Below, piece after piece: positions 20,112 through 29,987 of a stretch of DNA of 59,102 nucleotides. Under the pieces are notes generated by a model that saw only the letters and a list, made by a program, of their open reading frames with translations, had not been told where the DNA came from and did no database searches. This stretch comes from Thermoanaerobaculia bacterium (GTDB lineage: Bacteria; Acidobacteriota; Thermoanaerobaculia; Gp7-AA8): contig JADGNX010000003.1 in NCBI GenBank assembly GCA_017883265.1, positions 1 through 59,102 on the forward strand, in the 5' to 3' direction. The translations under genes and the position numbers were made by a program. Numbering within the stretch: position 1 is the first letter of the stretch; the number at the start of each line of letters is the position of its first letter.

Positions 20112-21043
20112 AACGATTGCTCATCATCATGGTCGCGGGAGTCGCTGCAGGAATGCCGCTGGCTCGTGCCGACGTCACCAAGATCACCCAGGTGTACGAC
20201 GACGCCAAGGCGATCGATCGCTTCGCCGAGGCCAGCAAGCGCGGGGACCTGCCGAAAGACATCATCGAGCGGATCGTCGAACAGGACATCGATTTTCTGC
20301 GCGGGAAACGGACGGACGGGACGTTTCAATACGCCTCATACGAAAGGGTGGAATCAGGCAGGATCGGCGACAACTATTCGGTTCAGCCTTCCGCAGACAA
20401 CGAGCATCTCACCAAGATCGACCTCCGCGGCGACTTCGTCTATCGCCTGATTGTCGAGCTGCCGTCGCGGCGGATGATGGTCACCAAGAATCGGAAGCTG
20501 TGGCTGGACCGCGTGGAGGTCGAATACATACCGCAGGACAACTCCACGGCAAAGTCCCAGACGGTGAAGGTCGGCCAATGGCTGGCTCCAGGAGACGTGA
20601 AGACGTTTGAGCTGCCGGAGGTGGGGCGGCAGACGACGGCTCGGATCTGGATGCGAGCCGATAAGAAGGAGGGTTACGGCAACGTATCGCTGACGCTCCT
20701 GAAGGCTCGCGTGGCGGACAATCCGGACAGCCCCTACGCGGCGGTCGTGGCCAACGAGCGGGCCCTGGTGAAGGCCCTCGACTACGGCGATGCCGGATCG
20801 GTCCGGAACCTCGCAGGGCACATACGGGAGGGCCTGCAGGCCGAAATTGGAGTTTCTGCGGCCGGCATCGCCGCCCCTCCGCGAGGGCTGGAACCGATCG
20901 CGCCAGCATTGCCGCCGGCGGCTGATTCGGCTGCGATCGTCCGTGAGCTTCAGACGATCGAGGATCTGATGACCGGGACTGAGACGGAGCGGCGTGAAGG
21001 AGTCGACCGGCTCCATCAGTTGCTGCGACGAATCCGTCAGTAG
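20108..21043 (+). CDS. Hypothetical secreted protein
   Basis: Signal peptide MKRLLIIMVAGVAAGMPLARA; ATGA overlap with deoB; coding-like composition. Confidence 0.7.
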   Translation: MKRLLIIMVAGVAAGMPLARADVTKITQVYDDAKAIDRFAEASKRGDLPKDIIERIVEQDIDFLRGKRTDGTFQYASYERVESGRIGDNYSVQPSADNEHLTKIDLRGDFVYRLIVELPSRRMMVTKNRKLWLDRVEVEYIPQDNSTAKSQTVKVGQWLAPGDVKTFELPEVGRQTTARIWMRADKKEGYGNVSLTLLKARVADNPDSPYAAVVANERALVKALDYGDAGSVRNLAGHIREGLQAEIGVSAAGIAAPPRGLEPIAPALPPAADSAAIVRELQTIEDLMTGTETERREGVDRLHQLLRRIRQ

Positions 21044-21230
21044 GAGAGGGGCGAAGGTGTGGTCCGATACGCGAGGGCGCCTCCCGACTCCAAAGCGTCT
21101 GGACATCGCGGCGCCGTGCGTGTCGAGGCACCGGGCACTACGGCGGATATGGGCCGACGCCGGGGCGAGAAACCGGCGCCGATATGGCAGATCTGCTCGT
21201 GTCGGACTCAACCTATTGAGCCCCTGCGGT

Positions 21231-21259
21231 TTGACCGATCGCCGCTTATGGCTTAAGAT
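21231..21259 (+). promoter_or_regulatory. Sigma-70-type promoter for carD
   Basis: TTGACC-17 bp-TAAGAT upstream of RBS AGGAG and TTG start. Confidence 0.65.
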
Positions 21260-21293
21260 GCCTCTCCCTTAGCCTTTCAGGAAGGAGCCTCTC

Positions 21294-21800
21294 TTGCCTC
21301 TCAAATCATTCAAAGTCGGGGAAAAACTCGTTTATCCCAACCATGGCGTAACCATCGTCGAGCAGATCGGCGAGTCCGCCGTGATGGGAGCGGGTGATAC
21401 GTATTACCACCTCAGACTCCTCGCGAACAACTCGCGTCTGATGGTCCCGATCAGCAACACAGACCGCGTCGGTCTGCGCCGGCTGTATCAGCAGAAGGAA
21501 ATCAAAGGTCTCATCTCGCTCCTCGAGGAGCGGGTCACCAAGGGCCATACCGATTGGAAAGGTCGTTACCGCGAGAACCTGGAAAAGATGAAAACAGGAC
21601 GTCTGGAGGATGTTGCAGACGTACTGAAGAATCTCAACGAGGTCTCGAAGAAGAAGAGCCTGTCGTTCCGCGAGAAGAAGATGTATGAGCGGGCGAAGTA
21701 TCTGATCGTGTCGGAAGTGGCGATCGTCAAGGGCATTCCGGAGCCGGAAGCCGAAGTCCTCATCGAGCGATCTCTCGACAAGTCGCTCGTCGGCCACTAG
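21294..21800 (+). CDS. carD: CarD/CdnL family transcription factor
   Basis: FKVGEKLVYPNHGV, GLRRL, WKGRYRE, LSFREKKMYE. Confidence 0.93.
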   Translation: MPLKSFKVGEKLVYPNHGVTIVEQIGESAVMGAGDTYYHLRLLANNSRLMVPISNTDRVGLRRLYQQKEIKGLISLLEERVTKGHTDWKGRYRENLEKMKTGRLEDVADVLKNLNEVSKKKSLSFREKKMYERAKYLIVSEVAIVKGIPEPEAEVLIERSLDKSLVGH

Positions 21801-21843
21801 CCTCCAGACCTTCCTCTCGCAGCGCGGTCCCGACCCTGCATCG

Positions 21844-21870
21844 AAAAGCCGCCCATCCCGGGCGGCTTTT
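21844..21870. terminator. Rho-independent (bidirectional-type) terminator after carD
   Basis: AAAAGCCGCCC-ATCCC-GGGCGGCTTTT perfect 11-bp stem. Confidence 0.75.
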
Positions 21871-21939
21871 GTGCGTGCGCCGGATTGGATACGACGTCCG
21901 GCGTGGCTGGTAAGATAGCCGTCAGGAGCGCCATTCATC

Positions 21940-22836
21940 TTGTCAGCACGTCCGCAGCTTCCATCCTGGATCCGGGAGAAGAGGATCAATCTCCAGCAGT
22001 TGCATGAGGTCAAGAGCCTCTTCCGAGCCCGCGACCTCCATTCCGTCTGCGAGTCGCTGGCCTGTCCCAACCGGACGGAATGTTTTTCCCGTGGTACGGC
22101 GACCTTCATGATTCTCGGCGACGTCTGCACGCGGTCGTGTGGCTTCTGCAATGTCGAGACGGGGCGCCCGTGGGCTCCCCCCTCGCCCGACGAGCCGCAA
22201 GCGGTCGCCGAGGCCGCGGTGCGCATGGGACTGCAGCACGTGGTCGTCACGTCGGTCACCCGCGACGATCTCTCTGACGGCGGAGCTCGGCACTTCGCAG
22301 AGACGATCGCCGCGCTGCGGATTGCGCTCCCCGATTCGGCCATCGAAGTCCTGACCCCCGATTTCCGCGGCAATCTCGACGCAGTGCAGATCGTCGTCGA
22401 GGCCCGCCCCGATTACTACAACCACAACGTCGAGACCGTTCCCCGTCTGTACGATTACGTCCGTCCTGGTTCACGCTTCGACCGTTCGCTGTCCGTCCTC
22501 GAGCACGTCAGGAGCGCCGATCCATCGATCGTCAGGAAGTCGGGGATCATGCTCGGACTGGGAGAGCGACGCGACGAGGTCATCGACGTTCTCCACCGTC
22601 TTTTCAGTTCCGGATGTGAGATCGTCACGATCGGCCAGTACCTGCAGCCGAAGAAGGAGAAGCTGGACGTCGTCGAGTACGTGCACCCTGACGTCTTCGC
22701 CGAGTTTCGGGAGATCGGTGAGGCCATCGGTTTCCGCGCAGTGTTCTCCGGCCCCTTCGTCCGGTCGTCCTACATGGCCGATGTCGTAGCGACGCGCGCC
22801 GGGTACGGAGCATCGGCGGGCGCACTAGGCTCTTGA
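21940..22836 (+). CDS. lipA: Lipoyl synthase
   Basis: CESLACPNRTEC, CTRSCGFC, NHNVETV, RSSY. Confidence 0.97.
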   Translation: MSARPQLPSWIREKRINLQQLHEVKSLFRARDLHSVCESLACPNRTECFSRGTATFMILGDVCTRSCGFCNVETGRPWAPPSPDEPQAVAEAAVRMGLQHVVVTSVTRDDLSDGGARHFAETIAALRIALPDSAIEVLTPDFRGNLDAVQIVVEARPDYYNHNVETVPRLYDYVRPGSRFDRSLSVLEHVRSADPSIVRKSGIMLGLGERRDEVIDVLHRLFSSGCEIVTIGQYLQPKKEKLDVVEYVHPDVFAEFREIGEAIGFRAVFSGPFVRSSYMADVVATRAGYGASAGALGS

Positions 22837-22870
22837 ACATGGGGAATGGGGGGCTTGTGAGTCGCATTTC

Positions 22871-22926
22871 GAAACCAGAAACCAGAACCGCCTTCTTCTG
22901 GTTTCTGGTTTCTAGTTTCTGGTTTC
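22871..22926. repeat. Inverted heptamer tandem repeats (GAAACCA)n / (TTCTGGT)n
   Basis: About 2.7 copies of GAAACCA followed by about 4 copies of TTCT(G/A)GT; can form a hairpin. Confidence 0.8.
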
Positions 22927-23011
22927 CTCATCTCGTCGGTCTGAGGCGAAGCCTCGTTAGTGGTCCATTCCGCACCCCTGGCGACGGCGGACTGAGCGCT
23001 GGGAGCCTCCG

Positions 23012-23956
23012 GTGACCGGAACGCTGAAGAAACCGCGCAGCATCGACCCGGAAGCACCGGAGAAGAGCCAGTTCTTCGTGACGTTTCTGCCGATCTACCT
23101 CGACTTCCTCACAGTCGAGAAGGGTCTGGCTCCCAACTCGCTGGCGGCATACCGGCGGGATCTCCGGCACTTCGGGCATTTTCTTCAAGACCAGAGTCTC
23201 GAGCTGTCGGGTGTGGAGCGCCTCCACCTGGTACGCTATTTTCAAAGTCTGCGCAGCGCCGGGATCTCGGCCCGATCGGTGGCGCGGGCCCTGGCGGCAA
23301 TCCGCGGTCTTTTTCGTTTTCTCAGTACCGAGAAGCACCTCGAGCGCGATCCGACTGAGAATCTCGAGAATCCGAAACTCTGGTCGAGCCTGCCGCGCAC
23401 CCTCCATGCCACGGAGATCGAAGCCCTCCTCCGCGCGCCGGACGTTTCGAGCTCAGCCGGGCTTCGCGATCGGGCGATGCTGGAGCTCCTCTATGCCACA
23501 GGCCTCAGGGTAAGCGAGCTCATCCATGTCAAGCTGGAGGACCTTGTCATGGATGCCGGCTTCCTGCGAACCATCGGCAAGGGATCGAAGGAGCGGATCG
23601 TCCCTTTCGGCGATTCGGCGAAGGAGGCCATGCTCGACTACATCGAGCGCGGCCGCTCGTCATTCCAGAAGCACGGCGATCCTCACCTTTTTCTCACGAA
23701 CCGGGGACGGCCGATGTCCCGTCAGCTCTTCTGGATGAACATCGTCCGGTATGCCCGGCAGGCGGGTATCGAGGTCCACATCTCGCCTCACGTCCTCCGC
23801 CATTCCTTCGCCACGCATCTGCTGGAGAACGGAGCGGACCTCCGAAGCGTCCAAATGATGCTGGGCCATGCAGATATCTCGACCACTCAGATTTACACTC
23901 ACATTTCGAGGGCCCGGCTGCAGAAGCTCTACGACGCCTATCATCCGCGGGCATAA
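23012..23956 (+). CDS. xerD: Site-specific tyrosine recombinase XerD
   Basis: EKGLAPNSLAAYRRDL, RDRAMLELLYATGLRVSEL, SPHVLRHSFATHLL, TTQIYTH. Confidence 0.93.
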   Translation: MTGTLKKPRSIDPEAPEKSQFFVTFLPIYLDFLTVEKGLAPNSLAAYRRDLRHFGHFLQDQSLELSGVERLHLVRYFQSLRSAGISARSVARALAAIRGLFRFLSTEKHLERDPTENLENPKLWSSLPRTLHATEIEALLRAPDVSSSAGLRDRAMLELLYATGLRVSELIHVKLEDLVMDAGFLRTIGKGSKERIVPFGDSAKEAMLDYIERGRSSFQKHGDPHLFLTNRGRPMSRQLFWMNIVRYARQAGIEVHISPHVLRHSFATHLLENGADLRSVQMMLGHADISTTQIYTHISRARLQKLYDAYHPRA

Positions 23957-23990
23957 AGGGTTGTCGTCGCACGTTTTGCGGAGAAGTCCA

Positions 23991-24728
23991 ATGAAACATA
24001 ACCGTCTGATCCGCTTCATCCTGGGCCTCAGCCTGCTCGCAGGAACCGCCGCAAGGGCAGATATCGTCCTTTTCAGCGATGGGAGAGCCCTCAAGGTCCA
24101 GTCGTATGTGGCAACAGAAGATACCCTCGATCTGACACTGCCTGGCGGCGGCAAGGTCAGCGTGCCGCTTCACCGGGTGGAGCGCATCGTCAACGATGAA
24201 GTGTTACCGCCGCAGGCGGCCGCTGAGATCAAGAAGATCATCGAGGCTGAAGGTGTCTTCCCAAAACGTTCCTGGCGATTCAACGAAGCCAGCGCCCCTC
24301 TGTTCAAGACGAGGTACAACCAGACCATCATCGACGCTGCCCGGAAATTCGATGTCGATGCCGCGCTCGTCTCCGCGGTGATCAAGGCGGAATCCGATTA
24401 CGATCCGCATACTCTCTCCAACAAAGGGGCGCGAGGATTGATGCAGCTCATGCCGGCGACGGCGGAGCGATTCGGCGTCACCGATTCTTTCGACCCGGTG
24501 GCAAACATCTATGCCGGCACGCGTTACCTTCGCTGGCTGCTCGAGACCTTCCAGGGGAACGCCGATCTGGCCGTGGCGGCCTACAACGCCGGCGAGGGAA
24601 ATGTCTGGAAGTACAACGGGGTGCCTCCTTTCCGGGAGACGGTGACTTACATCCACCGGATCGCGAACCACATCCTGCGTGGTGCCGCGGCGTCCGTCCC
24701 GTCCGCGACTGCTGCGGCATCGCGGTAG
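23991..24728 (+). CDS. Lytic transglycosylase (SLT domain), secreted
   Basis: Signal peptide, AVIKAES, GARGLMQLMP, AAYNAGEG. Confidence 0.92.
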   Translation: MKHNRLIRFILGLSLLAGTAARADIVLFSDGRALKVQSYVATEDTLDLTLPGGGKVSVPLHRVERIVNDEVLPPQAAAEIKKIIEAEGVFPKRSWRFNEASAPLFKTRYNQTIIDAARKFDVDAALVSAVIKAESDYDPHTLSNKGARGLMQLMPATAERFGVTDSFDPVANIYAGTRYLRWLLETFQGNADLAVAAYNAGEGNVWKYNGVPPFRETVTYIHRIANHILRGAAASVPSATAAASR

Positions 24729-24793
24729 ACCAGCGACCCCTTACCGCAACGAGCGCCCCTTCGTCGAGCTCTTCGATTCTGTTACGCCATGAA

Positions 24794-26797
24794 TCAGCTG
24801 GTGGTGACGGCGGGGGCCAGGAGCGTGGTCTCGTTGTCGGCGAGGTTATGCCCGCTCACCGGCAGTTGATCGAACCGCAGCACCATGACAGTCCTGTCGT
24901 CGTCGGCCGGGCGAGTGCCCGAATGGCGCGCCACCGCCGCCAGGATCGTCTCCTGGATCTCGGGTGGCATCTGCCCTGAAACCGCGGCCAGAAGCGCTTC
25001 GAGCTGGTCGAATCCGAACGGCTCGCCTGTTTCGTCCTGAGCCTCCACAATGCCGTCGGAGAGGTAAACGAGCGCGTCGCCTTCGTGTAGATCGAGCTCT
25101 ACCGTTCTGGCCGTCGCGTTGTTCCGCACGCCGAGCGGCAGCGAGGGACACTCGATGGCGTAGGGCGGCTCGCCGGCGCGCAGCAGGTACGGGTAGAGGT
25201 GGCCGGCGTTGGTGTGGCGGATCCTGGCGTGCTCGAAATCGAAGATGGTGAAGGCCAGCGTCATGAAGGCGCGGCGCTCGGTCGACCGGTGCACGAGATC
25301 GTTGAGGCGGGCGAAGATCGAGAGCTCGTCGGCCCCTTCCTCCACCAGGGTGGTGATTGCGGCTTTGACCATAGCCATGACCAGACCGGTGGACAGTCCA
25401 TGTCCCGAGACGTCGCCGATGGCCACGCCGAGCCGCGACTTGTCGATCGAGAAGAGATCGTAGTAGTCGCCGCCGATCGAGGCGGTCGGTTCAAAGTGTG
25501 CCGAGAAGGTGACTCCTCGAAGGCGCGGACCTTCCTTCGGCAGAAGGTTCCTTTGAATCGAGGCGGCGATGTCGATCTCGCTCTGAAGGCGCTCCTTCTC
25601 GGCGACCTTCACCAGGAGCGAGGCGATCGATTCGGTCATGTGGTCGAACGACTGGGCCATCTGTCCCAGCTGATTGCGCGGCTTCATGGCGATCCGGTAC
25701 GAGAAGTCGCCGCGCTCGACTGCCTGGGTGCCCTTCTCGATCCGGTTCACGGCGCGAGAGATCGAGAATATGAGGATGGCCGCGAAGAGCGAGGCCATCA
25801 CATAGATCAGCATGAGGAGAGCAACCACGCCGACGATGATCCGAACGAGGATGCGGATGTACTCGTCGTTCGATGCTCCGAAGTAGAACTGCACCAGATT
25901 GCTGATGGGGTTCGAAATGAACGTGAAGAGCTGATGGTCGGCGGCTGTGCCGCCGGTTTCCCAGTTCGTGAGATCGGTCAGATCGCCCCAGATGACCCGG
26001 TTCAGCCCCCAGGCGCGCCGGAAGAAGGAGTTGAAGTTATCCCCTGTCTCGATCTCGATGTCCTGGTCCTTCTTGCGGACACGGATCTTGTTGCCGCTGC
26101 TATCGCGGTGGTTACGGGTCTGCTCGAAAGAGATGATCATGCCTCCCTGTTCCTCGAGCCATTTCACCCATTCCTTGTCCAGCGGCTGCACGAAGACCAC
26201 CGACCTGTTGTCGGGGGAGTATTGCCGCGCGGAAACGAAGAGCGGCGCCGAATCGCGCCAGGCCGTTCCGCTGAACGTCGTTTTCCTCAGCCATTCAGGC
26301 AGCTTCTCCGTCGAGCCGTCGGCACTGTCGTAGATCTCCAGAGTCGAGAGACCGTCGGTCGGCTTCTTCCCCAGCATGGCGTATTCGAGGCTCCATGCCT
26401 CCATCTGCCCGAGGGTGGTCTGGCGCTCTCCGCGCAGGGCGGCCTGGCTCATCACCCCGGCCGTGGTCCAGGCCACGATGAAGCCGAGCACGGTCATCAG
26501 GATGAAGGGGAGTACGCCGATGAGAACGTAGCTGAGGAACAGCCGCCGGCCGACGCGCCAGAAGACCTTGCGCAGAATCCACCGGATAGCCAAAGCGATC
26601 CAGTAGAGGGTGATGGCCAGCAGAATCAGCCAGGCCAGGAATGAGATGAAGCCGAGGAACCCGGAGCTCCGGTGAAACATCCGAAGCAGCCGCGACACCT
26701 GGCTGTCGACGATCAGAGCGGCGAGTGCGACGAGCCAGACCACCAGTGCCCGGCTGGCGATCCTGCGCGCAGTCTTGTTGCTCGTGGTCTCAGGCAT
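24794..26797 (-). CDS. Membrane HAMP-domain SpoIIE/PP2C (RsbU-like) phosphatase
   Basis: TM helices, HAMP, IQRNLLP, GGDYYD, GDVSGHG, NAGH, SDGIVE, DDRT. Confidence 0.92.
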   Translation of the reverse strand: MPETTSNKTARRIASRALVVWLVALAALIVDSQVSRLLRMFHRSSGFLGFISFLAWLILLAITLYWIALAIRWILRKVFWRVGRRLFLSYVLIGVLPFILMTVLGFIVAWTTAGVMSQAALRGERQTTLGQMEAWSLEYAMLGKKPTDGLSTLEIYDSADGSTEKLPEWLRKTTFSGTAWRDSAPLFVSARQYSPDNRSVVFVQPLDKEWVKWLEEQGGMIISFEQTRNHRDSSGNKIRVRKKDQDIEIETGDNFNSFFRRAWGLNRVIWGDLTDLTNWETGGTAADHQLFTFISNPISNLVQFYFGASNDEYIRILVRIIVGVVALLMLIYVMASLFAAILIFSISRAVNRIEKGTQAVERGDFSYRIAMKPRNQLGQMAQSFDHMTESIASLLVKVAEKERLQSEIDIAASIQRNLLPKEGPRLRGVTFSAHFEPTASIGGDYYDLFSIDKSRLGVAIGDVSGHGLSTGLVMAMVKAAITTLVEEGADELSIFARLNDLVHRSTERRAFMTLAFTIFDFEHARIRHTNAGHLYPYLLRAGEPPYAIECPSLPLGVRNNATARTVELDLHEGDALVYLSDGIVEAQDETGEPFGFDQLEALLAAVSGQMPPEIQETILAAVARHSGTRPADDDRTVMVLRFDQLPVSGHNLADNETTLLAPAVTTS

Positions 26798-26954
26798 TTT
26801 CTTGTGGTCCGTTCGTCCCTACGATATCAATCGGCAAGCCGTGCCGACGCAACGGACTGGCTCCTCCGCGCTTGAAGAGTCATGCGGCGCGGATTCGGCT
26901 AAACAGGTTCCCTGAGTTATACGACAGATCTTGAAGAGAGTTACAGCCCGCAGC

Positions 26955-28118
26955 TCAGATCTCGCGGAGGGCGCGGGTGATCGGAAGACGAGCGGCGCTG
27001 ATCGCCGGCAGCAGGCCCCCGATCACCCCGGCGACGACGGCCAGCAGGATGCCGCGGAGTGCCACCGCAGGCCCCATGTTGAAATTGAAGGCGACCTCGG
27101 AGAAGGTCTTGAAATTGGTCGTTCCGGTGGAGATGAGATTGACCGGCAACGCCAGGAGCACTCCGGCCAGCCCTCCCAGCAGGGAGACGAATGCGCTCTC
27201 GATGACGACGGTCATGAGGATTGCCCGACGCTTGAAGCCGAGCGCCCGGAGCGTCGCCAGCTCGCGGGTGCGGCTGGCAACGGCTGTGAACATGGTATTC
27301 ATCGCTCCGAGAGTGGCCCCGATGACCATGAAAAACGTGACGAATCCGACCAGGACCTTGATCCCGACGAGGCCGCTGGTCTGTTCGTCGTAATACTGAT
27401 ACTCGCTCTTGGCCTGGAGCTTGAGGCGGTTGTCGTTGTCGACTGCCGCCTTGATGCTCGTGGCGGCGTCGTGATCGGCCGGACGGATGACCACTGTGGA
27501 GTAGGACTCGCGCTTTCTCACAGAGCCGAGGTAGCCGACGTCAGTCCAGATCTCGGAATCGAAGCTGGTTCCTGCGCCGTCGAAGATGCCGACCACGTTC
27601 CAGTCCTGCGGTCCGAAGTGGAAGCTGTCGCCGACGTTGCAACCGACGAAGCGGTCGCGAATTCTGCGGGAGACAATGACCTCGTTCACTCCCGGCCGGA
27701 ACATCCGCCCTTCGATCACTTTCAGGTAGGGACGCATTTCGAAGCCCATGGGTGTCACACCTCGGACATTGACGTTCGAGCCCTTCGGATTGTCCTTTTT
27801 CGGCAGCTTGAAAACGATGATGATCTCGGGTGAGATGACCGGCTGTCCCTGAGCATCTTTCTGAATGCCCGGCAGCGTTCGCAGGACCTGAAACTTCGCC
27901 TTGTCCACCCAACTGTCGAGCTCAGTGTCAGAGCCATCGCGCATGATCATCAGGTTGTCCTTCGATCCGGTGGAGATGATCGCGGAATTGACTCCATTCG
28001 ATAGCGCCATCATCGACAGCATCACAGCGATGACGATTCCGATCCCCAGTACCGACATGAGGGTGGAGACGCGGCGGCTGCTGATATTGCCGATGTTGTA
28101 CTTGAGAGGTATGGCCAT
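26955..28118 (-). CDS. ABC transporter permease (MacB/FtsX family)
   Basis: N-terminal TM, periplasmic core, RTRELATLRALGF, PAISAARL. Confidence 0.92.
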   Translation of the reverse strand: MAIPLKYNIGNISSRRVSTLMSVLGIGIVIAVMLSMMALSNGVNSAIISTGSKDNLMIMRDGSDTELDSWVDKAKFQVLRTLPGIQKDAQGQPVISPEIIIVFKLPKKDNPKGSNVNVRGVTPMGFEMRPYLKVIEGRMFRPGVNEVIVSRRIRDRFVGCNVGDSFHFGPQDWNVVGIFDGAGTSFDSEIWTDVGYLGSVRKRESYSTVVIRPADHDAATSIKAAVDNDNRLKLQAKSEYQYYDEQTSGLVGIKVLVGFVTFFMVIGATLGAMNTMFTAVASRTRELATLRALGFKRRAILMTVVIESAFVSLLGGLAGVLLALPVNLISTGTTNFKTFSEVAFNFNMGPAVALRGILLAVVAGVIGGLLPAISAARLPITRALREI

Positions 28119-29260
28119 CACACCACCTTCCGGAGGCCGTCGACGACGCTCAGGTTCGCCGCGCGATACGCCGGGTATCCACCGGCCACGATGCCCACGA
28201 GCGCCGAGGCGCCGAGGCAGAGCGCCACCGTCTGCCAGTACACTCTGAACCCTGCCAGAAAGCCCGACGTCGCTCTGGCCATGTCGAACACTTGATAGAA
28301 ACCCTTCGCCGCGAGCGTACCGGCGAGGCCGCCGAAGAGCGTGAGCAGAACGAACTCGACGAGCATTAGCCCGAGCACGAGTCCGGGGCGATACCCGAGG
28401 GCCTTCAACACTGCAATCTCGGTCACGCGCTCGCGCGCGGACATGCTCATGGTGATCGCCGCCAGGAGGATGACCATGAAGATGGCGCAGACGCTGACAC
28501 TGGTGAAGAGGAGCTTGATGTTGCCCATCATGGAGATGAAGTTCTTCTGGAACTCCTTCTCCGTGAATGTCTCAGTCGGATACTCGGAGTTCTTGAACAT
28601 TTCGTCGATCTGCTGACTCACCGCGGCCATCTTCCGCGTATCGCTCACCCGGACCCAGACCGTGCCGGTGAGACCCTGCCCTCCCAGTCCCGCTTCGCGA
28701 AAGTACTCCGTGTGGAAGTAGAGCGACGATACGTTGACCGGGTGGTAGTAGACGCCGCGGATGGTCAGCTGCGGATCGAACGGAAAGATGGTTCCTTTCA
28801 GGACGATCTTCTGCCCCACCTTCCAGTCGAAACGCTTGAGAAGCTCCGGACCTACGAGGCAACCCTGACGGTCCGCTTTGAAGGCTTCGAACTGCGCCGG
28901 ATCGATGGCATAGTCGGTCCAGACGGCCTTCATCTTGTCGGCATCGACGGCGAAGTTCGCGAAGAAGTTGCGTGAGTCTTTGTAGTAAGCCCCGATCCAC
29001 TGCAGTTTGGCCGTCTCGGCGACGCCGGGAACCTCTCGGATCTTCTGCTCGTGCGAATACGGGAGCATCGTCGTCAGTGAGATCGCCGACTGGACTGCCA
29101 GACGATCGACGCCGGACGCCTCGCTGGCATTGTCGAAAGTGGCCAGGATCGAAAGGAGCGTGGTGACGAAGAAGAAGATGGCCGCCATCAGACAGACTGT
29201 CAGGAGCGATCTAACTTTGTTGCGGAAGAGATTGCCTCGAATGAGGTGAAGGAATCGCAT
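28118..29260 (-). CDS. ABC transporter permease (MacB/FtsX family)
   Basis: RERVTEIAVLKALGY, PAYRAANL; stop overlaps the next start. Confidence 0.92.
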   Translation of the reverse strand: MRFLHLIRGNLFRNKVRSLLTVCLMAAIFFFVTTLLSILATFDNASEASGVDRLAVQSAISLTTMLPYSHEQKIREVPGVAETAKLQWIGAYYKDSRNFFANFAVDADKMKAVWTDYAIDPAQFEAFKADRQGCLVGPELLKRFDWKVGQKIVLKGTIFPFDPQLTIRGVYYHPVNVSSLYFHTEYFREAGLGGQGLTGTVWVRVSDTRKMAAVSQQIDEMFKNSEYPTETFTEKEFQKNFISMMGNIKLLFTSVSVCAIFMVILLAAITMSMSARERVTEIAVLKALGYRPGLVLGLMLVEFVLLTLFGGLAGTLAAKGFYQVFDMARATSGFLAGFRVYWQTVALCLGASALVGIVAGGYPAYRAANLSVVDGLRKVV

Positions 29261-29262
29261 GG

Positions 29263-29979
29263 CTATGTCCTCACGACGGCCGGTTCGGCCTCGTAGCCGT
29301 ACTGTCCCTCGGCCAGAACCCCTTTATCGAGGTGCAGGGCGTGCTTCGCCCTGCCGGCCGCCTTCGGATCGTGGGTCACCATGACGATGGTCTTTTCGAA
29401 CTCGGCGTTCAGCCGCTGAAGAAGATCGAGGGTCTCGTCGGCATTCTTCGCGTCGAGGTCGCCGGTCGGCTCATCGGCCACCAGAATGGTCGGATCGGTG
29501 ACGATGGCCCGGGCGATGGCTACGCGCTGCTCCTGACCGCCGGAGAGCTGACGCGGATAGTGAGTCATCCGATCGGCCAGCCCGACGATGGCCAGAGCGT
29601 TCTCGACGTGCTGCTTGCGCTGTTTCCTGTTGAGCTTCGTCAGCAGGAGCGGCAGCTCGACGTTCTCCGCGGCATTCAGCACCGGAATGAGGTTGTACAT
29701 CTGGAAGATGAAACCGACGTGTCGCGCCCGCCAGCTGGCCAGAGCGGTCTCGCTATAGGAGGAGACTTCCTGACCGTCCACGAGGATCCGGCCGCTGGTC
29801 GGGCGATCGATGCCGGCGATCAGGTTCAGCAGAGTCGTCTTGCCGGAGCCCGAAGGCCCCATCAGGGCGAGAAAATCTCCGCGCGGTACTCCGAGCGTGA
29901 TGCCGTTGAGCACAGGGATTTCGAACTGATCCCGTTTGTAGACCTTGCGCACATCGTGAATCTCAACCAGGGTCTCCAC
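29263..29979 (-). CDS. ABC transporter ATP-binding protein (LolD/MacB type)
   Basis: [29 protein letters not shown]. Confidence 0.95.
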   Translation of the reverse strand: METLVEIHDVRKVYKRDQFEIPVLNGITLGVPRGDFLALMGPSGSGKTTLLNLIAGIDRPTSGRILVDGQEVSSYSETALASWRARHVGFIFQMYNLIPVLNAAENVELPLLLTKLNRKQRKQHVENALAIVGLADRMTHYPRQLSGGQEQRVAIARAIVTDPTILVADEPTGDLDAKNADETLDLLQRLNAEFEKTIVMVTHDPKAAGRAKHALHLDKGVLAEGQYGYEAEPAVVRT

Positions 29980-29987
29980 ACGCCCTC

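Noticed and set aside
23012-24728. Prophage or integrative element (recombinase plus lytic enzyme)
   Set aside because: The recombinase is typical chromosomal XerD and the SLT protein has a signal peptide; no phage genes or att sites are seen.
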